From Bacillus subtilis subsp. subtilis str. 168 (lineage in GTDB: Bacteria > Bacillota > Bacilli > Bacillales > Bacillaceae): 32,000 nt of DNA. The notes under the pieces are model-generated. The model was given only the letters and a program-made list of their open reading frames with translations, had not been told where the DNA came from and made no database searches. Positions within the stretch are counted from its first letter, which is position 1. Each line of letters opens with the position of its first letter. Shown in pieces: positions 25,205-32,000 of the stretch. Where the stretch lies: contig NC_000964.3 in the NCBI RefSeq assembly GCF_000009045.1, positions 840,001 through 872,000 on the forward strand, written 5' to 3'. Both the position numbers and the translations under genes were made by a program.

Positions 25205-26260
25205 ATGAATCGTATCTTTTTTATTTTAGTGGCGGCCGGTGTTCCGCTTTCTGTGATTGGCAGTTTGATGCATTGGCCTTCCGCGGTTCTATTTGCAGTT
25301 TATTGCGTGACGATTATCGCGCTTGCAAGCTATATGGGGAGGGCGACAGAATCACTGTCCATCATTGCAGGACCGCGTATCGGCGGTTTGTTGAATGCAA
25401 CCTTCGGGAATGCGGTGGAGCTGATTATTTCCCTTTTTGCATTAAAAGAAGGCCTGACAGGAATCGTGCTTGCCTCTTTAACCGGTTCAGTGCTGGGGAA
25501 CCTGTTGCTGGTAGCGGGCCTATCGTTTTTTGTCGGCGGTTTAAAATATAAGCGGCAGGAATTTAATATCCATGATGCCCGCCATAACTCCGGGCTTCTG
25601 ATTTTTGCCATCATTGTCGCCTTTGTGATTCCGGAGGTATTCTCTGTTGGTATGGGAAACGCCAGCAAGCTCAATTTAAGCATCGGCATCAGCATCATTA
25701 TGATTCTGTTATATGTGGCGGCGCTGTACTTTAAACTTGTCACGCATCGGGGCGTTTATCAGCCGAATAATGCCGCTCAGACTGAAGAAGAGGAAGAGCC
25801 AGAATGGTCAGGGAAGGTTGCGACGATTGTCTTGTTTGCGGCAACGATTGTGGTTGCATACATATCCGAAAACCTGGTCCATACCTTTCACTCGGTGGCT
25901 GAACAGTTCGGGTGGAGCGAGCTGTTTATTGGGGTCATCATCGTGGCGATTGTAGGAAATGCGGCGGAGCATGCGTCAGCGATTATTATGGCCTTCAAAA
26001 ATAAAATGGACATTGCTGTTGAAATTGCAGTAGGCTCTACGCTGCAGATCGCTATGTTTGTCGCACCGGTTCTCGTCATCTGTTCTATCTTTTTTCCGAC
26101 AAGCATGCCGCTTGTATTTACATTGCCTGAGCTCGTCGCGATGGTATCAGCGGTTCTCTTGATGATCGCGATTTCGAATGACGGGGATTCCAACTGGTTT
26201 GAAGGGGCGACACTGCTTGCTGCATATGTCATTATGGCGATCGGCTTTTTCCTTCTTTAA
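25205..26260 (+). CDS. chaA: Ca2+/H+ antiporter (CaCA family)
   Basis: 'GRATESLSIIAGPRIGGLLNATFGNAVELIISLFAL' and 'GNAAEHASAIIMAFKNKMDIAVEIAVGSTLQIAMFVAP': duplicated alpha repeats typical of CAX; 351 aa. Also called yfkE. Confidence 0.95.
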   Translation: MNRIFFILVAAGVPLSVIGSLMHWPSAVLFAVYCVTIIALASYMGRATESLSIIAGPRIGGLLNATFGNAVELIISLFALKEGLTGIVLASLTGSVLGNLLLVAGLSFFVGGLKYKRQEFNIHDARHNSGLLIFAIIVAFVIPEVFSVGMGNASKLNLSIGISIIMILLYVAALYFKLVTHRGVYQPNNAAQTEEEEEPEWSGKVATIVLFAATIVVAYISENLVHTFHSVAEQFGWSELFIGVIIVAIVGNAAEHASAIIMAFKNKMDIAVEIAVGSTLQIAMFVAPVLVICSIFFPTSMPLVFTLPELVAMVSAVLLMIAISNDGDSNWFEGATLLAAYVIMAIGFFLL

Positions 26261-26330
26261 CCTGAAAAAATGATGGATAACAACAAAGCGGGATGAAAAG
26301 ACTAAGGGAAAATGCCATAGAAAGAGTGAT

Positions 26331-27125
26331 ATGATGAAAAAGCTATTTCATTCCACACTTATTGTGTTGTTATTCTTTAGTTTTTTCGGCGTTCAGCCCA
26401 TCCACGCGAAAAAGCAGTTTAAGGTTCCTAATTCTGTCGCAAGCATTTCAAAGGAAAACACGTATCCGAATGCTTCACAGGATCAGCCAATGCTTCAGCC
26501 GAGCAAGCTGGCAAAGGAATTGCTCGATCATTCTGAGGTAAAGATTGAAAATCCGCATCTCATCAAAATGCTGAATGAATCCAACATATCCGGCACACCG
26601 CTTGCAGTAGGGTACCGGGCGACAATATTTCTCGGGAAATGGGCGCTCGGCTATGAATCAAATGAAACAGTCGCAAACTGGGAATATAAAAAAATCAATA
26701 CAAACCGTGCGGATAACCGCGGCGGGAAAGAAACGGCTGAAATGCATTATGCCCAGGAACAGCAGTACAGAGTGAAGGGCGGCTTGACAGCTAAAGTTCC
26801 AAATGCTGAAGATGTCAAAAGCATGATGATGCAAAAAGCAATGAAGAAAACGAACCTCCCGCTTGCATTTGAGACGGTCATCGGGGCTGGCACAAAACGG
26901 GATCAGATTTATAAAGTCGCTCCTAAAAAAATCGGTTATCTACATGCATATGCACCGGCTGTGAATGAAAAAGGAAAAGTGACTTACGGAGAAGTGTACT
27001 TAGTGCTGAAAGGAAATAAACGAAAACTCGTCGTGAAAAATGTCACGTCACAGGGAATCGGCGCGTGGATTCCGGTTCAAGATCATGTCACGTTTGGCTT
27101 TCAGCTTTCCTCACTGCCAAGATAA
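26331..27125 (+). CDS. yfkD: Conserved exported protein YfkD, function unknown
   Basis: N-terminal signal peptide (MMKKLFHSTLIVLLFFSFFGVQPIHAKK); 264 aa; 70 bp downstream of chaA in the same orientation. Confidence 0.82.
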   Translation: MMKKLFHSTLIVLLFFSFFGVQPIHAKKQFKVPNSVASISKENTYPNASQDQPMLQPSKLAKELLDHSEVKIENPHLIKMLNESNISGTPLAVGYRATIFLGKWALGYESNETVANWEYKKINTNRADNRGGKETAEMHYAQEQQYRVKGGLTAKVPNAEDVKSMMMQKAMKKTNLPLAFETVIGAGTKRDQIYKVAPKKIGYLHAYAPAVNEKGKVTYGEVYLVLKGNKRKLVVKNVTSQGIGAWIPVQDHVTFGFQLSSLPR

Positions 27126-27162
27126 ATAAAAAACTGATTCCAACTCGGAATCAGTTTTTTTG
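27126..27162. terminator. Bidirectional terminator between yfkD and yfkC
   Basis: AAAAAACTGATTCCAACTCGGAATCAGTTTTTTT. Confidence 0.9.
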
Positions 27163-27163
27163 T

Positions 27164-28006
27164 TTATTGGGTTCTCTCGATTCGGACCGCTTCCTCAAGC
27201 ATTTGCACATTGTTTTGGTAGAGCTGGCGAACGAGAACCCGTCTTACTGCAAGGCTGGCACTGAAATAATCATCATCTTTCACCATGCCTTTAACCGTAA
27301 ATTCGACGCCGCGATTGATTTTATTCAATGCGGTGATGCCGTGGATTTGAAACGGTTCTGTCGGATTGCCGAATTCATCCCGCTTCAATGAATCACGAAG
27401 CTCTTCATTCAGCATGTCACATGCCTCTTCCAACACGCTGTACACGCGGTCCGGATCTTCTTTAAAGCTGATAAGAAAGGATTCGGTAATCCGCATAAAA
27501 TCAATATTATAGTTCTCTATTTGTCTGACCTCGCCGTTGCTGATGGTGAGCAGCTTCCCGCTCCATTCCCGGATTTGCAGCGAGCGGAGGCCGATTTCCT
27601 CCACTGTCCCGTTGAACAAGTTGTTGACGGTGACATAATCGCCTTTGTGCAGCTGGCGTTCATATATTAAGAATACACCAGCCAGCACATCTTTGATCAG
27701 CGATTGGGCGCCAAAACCGATCACGATACCTGCTACGCCCGCCCCGGCCAATATCTTGCCGAAATCATGCACAAATAAAGAAATAACGTAAAAGATAAAA
27801 CCAATTGTTGCCGTATACTGGGTGACAGAACGGACAAGGCTTTCAATCGTTTTTTCCTTTTTTTCTTCAATAAAGTCCGTCCGTTTAAAAAATAGCTGTA
27901 CCAGCCGGTTGATGATAAAGACACCGATCCAAAGGATAACGGCAACGAGGAGAATATCGACGATTTTATTTTGAAAAATCTCCGTAAGTGTTTCTTTCAT
28001 CCGCAT
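27164..28006 (-). CDS. yfkC: Small-conductance mechanosensitive channel, MscS family
   Basis: 'ILAGAGVAGIVIGFGAQSLIKDVLAGVFLIYERQLHKGDYVTVN' MscS pore/beta domain; 280 aa. Confidence 0.92.
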   Translation of the reverse strand: MRMKETLTEIFQNKIVDILLVAVILWIGVFIINRLVQLFFKRTDFIEEKKEKTIESLVRSVTQYTATIGFIFYVISLFVHDFGKILAGAGVAGIVIGFGAQSLIKDVLAGVFLIYERQLHKGDYVTVNNLFNGTVEEIGLRSLQIREWSGKLLTISNGEVRQIENYNIDFMRITESFLISFKEDPDRVYSVLEEACDMLNEELRDSLKRDEFGNPTEPFQIHGITALNKINRGVEFTVKGMVKDDDYFSASLAVRRVLVRQLYQNNVQMLEEAVRIERTQ

Positions 28007-29128
28007 CTAACTCCTGGCTTGACGTTTTGTGAAGTCTGTATCCTGATAATAACTGTTTTTGACAAGAACATTCGGTCCGAGGCACCGGACATTCGGGCAG
28101 TGGCAACTCAGTTCTTTCGCAAGCTTGGTCTCTCTCCACTTTTCATAGGCGGAAGGGAGGCTGTCCGTCTGAATGTTGCCAAGCGGCGGGGTATCACCGA
28201 AATCGGTCACGATAATGTTTCCGTCGAAAATGTTCACATTCAGGCGGGATCGGCCGTCAGGGTCATTTCGCACTGTGACGTTTTTCGCCGCGCGAAGCCG
28301 GCGAAGCAGCTTTTGGTCGTCTTCGTCCGGACTGCAGGCATAAAACGGCAGCGTTCCGAACAGCATCCACGTATTTTCATCACGAATATCCAGCAAGCGG
28401 TGAATGGCCTGTCTCATCTCTTTCAGGCTGAGGGATTCAAGAGCGCTTGCGAAATCGCTTGGATACATTGGGTGGACCTCGTGACGCTGACATTTCATAT
28501 CTTCTGTGATTTGGCGGTGAATATGCTCAATATGCGGAAGTGTTCGTTTGTTCAGCATCGTTTCCGCAGATACCATTACTCCGGCATCCACGAGCGTGCG
28601 GCTGTTTTCGATCATTTTTTCAAAATAGCGCGCGCGCTGTTCGAAGGTCGGTTTTCTGTCCATCATGGCAAAGCCGATTTCAGCAAAATCTTCAACTGTT
28701 CCCCAGTTATGTGAAATATGTAGCACATCGAGATACGGAATGATCCATTCGTACCGCTCGATGTCGAGGGTCAGATTTGAATTAATTTGTGTCCGCACAC
28801 CCCGTTCATGGGCATATTTCAATAAAGGAACAACATATTCTTTTACTGATTTCAACGAAAGCATCGGCTCTCCGCCTGTGATGCTGATGGATCTGAGGCG
28901 CGGGATTTCCTCCAGCCGTTTTAACAGAAGATCTATTGGCAGAGCATTCGGGTCTTTAGGCTGCAATGTATAGCCTACAGCACAATGCTCGCATCTCATA
29001 TTGCACAGTGTCGTTGTTGTGAATTCAACGTTTGTCAGCTGCATGTCTCCGTATTGGTCAACATCCATATAGGCTTCCCAAGGGTCAAACTCGGGCGTAA
29101 TCGGACGCAGCTTCGTGTTTTGTGTCAT
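28007..29128 (-). CDS. yfkAB: Radical SAM / CxCxxxxC motif protein YfkAB
   Basis: 'FTTTTLCNMRCEHCAVGYT' gives the radical SAM CxxxCxxC; 'SITGGEP' motif; C-terminal 'SCHCPNVRCLGP' gives CxCxxxxC; 373 aa in one uninterrupted frame. Confidence 0.93.
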   Translation of the reverse strand: MTQNTKLRPITPEFDPWEAYMDVDQYGDMQLTNVEFTTTTLCNMRCEHCAVGYTLQPKDPNALPIDLLLKRLEEIPRLRSISITGGEPMLSLKSVKEYVVPLLKYAHERGVRTQINSNLTLDIERYEWIIPYLDVLHISHNWGTVEDFAEIGFAMMDRKPTFEQRARYFEKMIENSRTLVDAGVMVSAETMLNKRTLPHIEHIHRQITEDMKCQRHEVHPMYPSDFASALESLSLKEMRQAIHRLLDIRDENTWMLFGTLPFYACSPDEDDQKLLRRLRAAKNVTVRNDPDGRSRLNVNIFDGNIIVTDFGDTPPLGNIQTDSLPSAYEKWRETKLAKELSCHCPNVRCLGPNVLVKNSYYQDTDFTKRQARS

Positions 29129-29244
29129 GACTATCTAACTCCTTTATAAATGGGCATACTAACGCTGCCAACAGTTAATTTTAGACCTGATTTGCCAAGA
29201 TCGCAAGTAGCGCGGCGATTGAAAAACGGCAAAAAATGAGCTAC

Positions 29245-29251
29245 CATAATA
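29245..29251 (+). promoter_or_regulatory. Possible forespore-type (SigG/SigF) -10 element upstream of yfjT
   Basis: CATAATA fits the SigG -10 CATNHTA. No clean -35 at the right spacing; TGAAAA lies 19 nt upstream. Confidence 0.3.
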
Positions 29252-29272
29252 AAAAATGAATGGAGGAACAGA

Positions 29273-29458
29273 ATGGGGAACGCCGTAAACAATAAAGATC
29301 AGCAGATTGATTATTTAAAGAACAGACTTGACATGTTTATGAACGTCATCGATTCATTAGACCCTGAAGCAACCGACGTTGAAGATATAGACAGGCTTAT
29401 CAGCATGCTTGATGACCTGGAAGCCAAATACGAACGTTTTAAAAAAGATTGGGAATAA
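29273..29458 (+). CDS. yfjT: Small conserved protein YfjT
   Basis: 61 aa acidic helical protein with a GGAGGAAC RBS. Confidence 0.85.
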   Translation: MGNAVNNKDQQIDYLKNRLDMFMNVIDSLDPEATDVEDIDRLISMLDDLEAKYERFKKDWE

Positions 29459-29485
29459 AACCGCGTGCCCGCCGCGGTTTTTTTA
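29457..29485 (+). terminator. Intrinsic terminator downstream of yfjT
   Basis: AAACCGCGTGCCCGCCGCGGTTTTTTT hairpin plus T tract. Confidence 0.75.
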
Positions 29486-29501
29486 TTGGCATAAAGCAAC
29501 A

Positions 29502-29531
29502 GTATAAAACAAAGTCTCTATCTGTAAAATA
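29502..29531 (+). promoter_or_regulatory. Candidate SigG promoter of pdaA
   Basis: -35 GTATA (29502-29506), 18-nt spacer, -10 TAAAATA (29525-29531); 5/7 match to the SigG -10 CATNHTA. Confidence 0.5.
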
Positions 29532-29558
29532 AGAAAAAATGCAGAAGGAGCGCTGGCC

Positions 29559-30350
29559 ATGAAGTGGATGTGTTCAATATGCTGCGCCGCCGTATTGCTT
29601 GCCGGAGGTGCAGCACAGGCGGAAGCGGTGCCGAATGAGCCGATTAATTGGGGCTTTAAACGAAGTGTCAATCATCAGCCGCCAGATGCCGGGAAGCAGC
29701 TGAACAGTTTAATTGAAAAATATGACGCGTTTTATTTAGGGAATACAAAGGAAAAAACGATTTACTTAACGTTTGATAACGGATATGAAAATGGCTATAC
29801 GCCAAAAGTGCTTGATGTCTTAAAAAAACATCGCGTAACAGGAACGTTTTTTGTCACCGGGCATTTCGTAAAGGACCAGCCTCAGCTGATCAAACGAATG
29901 TCAGATGAGGGCCATATTATCGGCAATCATTCCTTTCACCATCCGGATTTAACGACAAAAACAGCTGATCAGATTCAGGATGAACTTGATTCAGTCAACG
30001 AAGAGGTTTATAAAATTACGGGAAAGCAGGACAACCTGTATTTGCGTCCGCCGCGCGGCGTGTTCAGTGAGTACGTACTGAAAGAAACGAAACGCCTCGG
30101 CTATCAAACCGTTTTCTGGTCGGTCGCTTTTGTTGATTGGAAAATCAACAACCAAAAGGGAAAGAAATATGCCTACGATCATATGATCAAGCAGGCGCAC
30201 CCGGGAGCCATTTACCTGCTTCACACCGTATCGAGGGACAATGCAGAAGCGCTGGATGACGCGATTACAGATCTGAAAAAACAGGGCTACACTTTTAAAA
30301 GCATTGATGATCTGATGTTTGAGAAAGAAATGAGGCTGCCGTCTTTGTAA
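29559..30350 (+). CDS. pdaA: Peptidoglycan N-acetylmuramic acid deacetylase (spore cortex muramic delta-lactam synthesis)
   Basis: Signal peptide plus NodB polysaccharide deacetylase domain ('KTIYLTFDNGYENGYTPKVLDVLKKHRVTGTFFVTGHFV', 'IIGNHSFHHPDLT', 'RPPRGVFSEYV'); 263 aa. Confidence 0.95.
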   Translation: MKWMCSICCAAVLLAGGAAQAEAVPNEPINWGFKRSVNHQPPDAGKQLNSLIEKYDAFYLGNTKEKTIYLTFDNGYENGYTPKVLDVLKKHRVTGTFFVTGHFVKDQPQLIKRMSDEGHIIGNHSFHHPDLTTKTADQIQDELDSVNEEVYKITGKQDNLYLRPPRGVFSEYVLKETKRLGYQTVFWSVAFVDWKINNQKGKKYAYDHMIKQAHPGAIYLLHTVSRDNAEALDDAITDLKKQGYTFKSIDDLMFEKEMRLPSL

Positions 30351-30352
30351 AA

Positions 30353-30387
30353 GAGAAAGACCTCTCCTTAAACGGAGAGGCTTTTCT
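30353..30387. terminator. Intrinsic terminator between convergent pdaA and yfjR
   Basis: AAAGAGACCTCTCCTTAAACGGAGAGGCTTTTCTTT. Confidence 0.8.
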
Positions 30388-31248
30388 TTATTTTATACAT
30401 TTAATCAGTGCGGCCCAGTCCAGATCCCCGAAGCCTTTCTCAATCCCGCTTTCAAAATGGCTCTTGGCCAGCTCGGCAAGAGGAAGATTTGCAGAAACCC
30501 GTTTTGCGGCGGCGAGTGCCAGGTTGGTATCCTTCAGCCCTAAAGACATTTTGAAGCCGGCCGGCTCAAATTTCTGCTCGGCCATAATGGTTCCGTAATT
30601 TTGATAGACTGGAGAACCAAAGAGCGCGCTGGCGATTTCTAAAAATTGTTTTTGTTCTAAGCCGTATTTCTCCATCATTAAAAAGGATTCAGATAACGCC
30701 TCCAGCATGGACACAAGCAAGAAATTAATGCTGATTTTGGCTGCATTTGCCGTCTTGCTTTCTTCGCCGACGTCAAATATCTGCTGGCTCAGGCTGTCGA
30801 GCAGAGGCTTGGCAGCTTGCTTTGCTTCCGCCGGTCCGGCTGTTATGATACGGAGCGCGGCTTTGGCTGCGGCATCCGGTCTGCCAAGGACAGGAGCGGC
30901 GAGAAAAAATTGTCCTTTCTCTGCATGAGCCGCTGCGAGCTTTTCTGAGAACTCAACACTGATTGTGCTCATCGAGATGTGTATGCCGTTCTCTGCTAAT
31001 CCTTCAAGCAGCCCGTCTTCTCCGAATGTCACGGTGCTGACAGAATCATCATCTGCAAGCATTGTGATGACAATATCAGCGGACTTTGCCGCCAGCCGCG
31101 GCGTATCAGCTGCCTGTGCGCCTTCTGTGACAAGGTCTTCTGTCTTTTGTTTCGTCCGGTTATAGACAGTCAATTCGTAGCCTGCTTGAAGAACATTTCG
31201 GGCAATGGGCTGTCCCATATTGCCGAGTCCGATGACAGCAATTTTCAA
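30388..31248 (-). CDS. yfjR: 3-hydroxyisobutyrate/beta-hydroxyacid dehydrogenase family oxidoreductase
   Basis: Rossmann 'IAVIGLGNMGQPIARNVLQAGYELTVYNR', 'KISINFLLVSMLEALSESF'. TTG 31248 (MKIAVIG, 286 aa), with GGAG 8 nt upstream, preferred over GTG 31257. Confidence 0.87.
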   Translation of the reverse strand: MKIAVIGLGNMGQPIARNVLQAGYELTVYNRTKQKTEDLVTEGAQAADTPRLAAKSADIVITMLADDDSVSTVTFGEDGLLEGLAENGIHISMSTISVEFSEKLAAAHAEKGQFFLAAPVLGRPDAAAKAALRIITAGPAEAKQAAKPLLDSLSQQIFDVGEESKTANAAKISINFLLVSMLEALSESFLMMEKYGLEQKQFLEIASALFGSPVYQNYGTIMAEQKFEPAGFKMSLGLKDTNLALAAAKRVSANLPLAELAKSHFESGIEKGFGDLDWAALIKCIK

Positions 31249-31323
31249 TCTAATCACTCCCTGAATATTTTTTCCATTATAAACAATATGAACAGAATAT
31301 GCATAGCGATCGGCTTACAACAA

Positions 31324-31346
31324 AAAAGAACAGCTGCTCGCTGTCC
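31324..31346 (-). terminator. Probable terminator downstream of yfjQ
   Basis: Reverse strand ACAGC-GAGCA-GCTGT followed by TCTTTTTT. Confidence 0.5.
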
Positions 31347-32000
31347 TCATTTAAAAATATTGAACCATCCTTTATGTACAAACCAAATCAGCATTCCAAT
31401 CACAAGCGCGGCCATCAGGCCAAGTACAGCGAAATATCCGTATTTCCAATGCAGCTCCGGCATAAAGTCGAAGTTCATACCGTATACACCGGCAATAAAG
31501 GTGAGCGGGATGAAAATGGTTGATACGATCGTCAGTGTCATCATAATCGCATTCATCCGGTTTGAGTTTAGCGTCACGTAGCTGTCACGCAAGTCGGACG
31601 TCATGTCACGGTTGGATTCCACAATTTCAGACAACTTTAACAAATGATCATATATGTCGCTGAAATAGGCTTTCGTTTCCCGCTGCTCTTTCACATGGTC
31701 AAGGCTTAAAATCCGGTAGAGCAAATCACGCATCGGGATAATCGTCCGTCTCAAATGCAATAGGTCTGTTCTGAGATCAAACACCTCGTTCATCAGCGTT
31801 CCATACGTTTTGTGGGGACGGCTTTCTTCAATTTCATTCAGCCGGTCTTCAATTTTATACACGAGAGGAAAATATTCATCAACAAGCTGATCCATGATCA
31901 TATAAGAAATATGCCCGGGCCCTTTTTTCAATATGTCCGGTGAAGCATACAAACGCTCCCGGACTTTAGCGATACCGGGCGTTTCGTGTAAATGAAAGGT
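31347..32000 (-). CDS. yfjQ: CorA-like Mg2+/divalent cation transporter, C-terminal part; gene continues past the right edge
   Basis: CorA signature 'TFIAGVYGMNFDFMPELHWKYGYF' before the final TM helix. The frame stays open to base 32000 (217 codons plus stop), beyond the track's internal TTG start. Confidence 0.92.
   Translation of the reverse strand, partial: TFHLHETPGIAKVRERLYASPDILKKGPGHISYMIMDQLVDEYFPLVYKIEDRLNEIEESRPHKTYGTLMNEVFDLRTDLLHLRRTIIPMRDLLYRILSLDHVKEQRETKAYFSDIYDHLLKLSEIVESNRDMTSDLRDSYVTLNSNRMNAIMMTLTIVSTIFIPLTFIAGVYGMNFDFMPELHWKYGYFAVLGLMAALVIGMLIWFVHKGWFNIFK

Noticed and set aside
25330-25743. Minus-strand ORF (137 aa) inside chaA
   Set aside because: Shadow of the antiporter's conserved alpha-repeat coding sequence.
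27971-28714. Long plus-strand ORF (247 aa) opposite yfkAB and the start of yfkC
   Set aside because: Antisense to a well-supported radical SAM gene; no domain signature; shadow ORF.
31147-31581. Plus-strand ORF (144 aa) spanning the yfjR start, intergenic gap and yfjQ 3' end
   Set aside because: Antisense to two real genes, no convincing RBS-domain combination, and overlaps the yfjQ terminator.
1-32000. Search for CRISPR, toxin-antitoxin, phage, transposon, rRNA/tRNA or riboswitch signatures
   Set aside because: No repeat-spacer arrays, transposase/integrase ORFs, tRNA-like cloverleaves or recognisable riboswitch leaders were seen by eye. cmscan and tRNAscan would be needed for a definitive negative.

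Overview
The window reads as an ordinary Bacillus subtilis-type core chromosomal segment. Gene identities come from recognising protein sequences and gene order; no database search was run. Order: mapB(yflG, cut at left edge), nagP, ltaS, yflB, yflA, an orphan GerA-type operon yfkQRST, the treP-treA-treR locus, yfkO(hypO), the giant cell-wall nucleotidase yfkN, yfkM, yfkL, yfkK, the putative stress operon yfkJIH, yfkF, chaA(yfkE), yfkD, yfkC, the radical-SAM gene yfkAB, yfjT, pdaA, yfjR, and yfjQ (CorA-like, cut at right edge). I found no rRNA, tRNA, CRISPR, prophage or transposon. No convincing new multi-gene defence or mobile system is present. The most interesting items are a probable 35-aa small ORF between yfkH and its terminator, the unusual gene order and extra small subunit of yfkQRST, the two-palindrome tre promoter, a strong palindrome upstream of yfkO, a CTAG shared as both stop codons of yflA and yfkT, the two-module sortase-anchored YfkN, and the yfkAB-yfkC radical SAM/MscS pair. 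Several ORF-track starts were moved to better RBS-supported starts.
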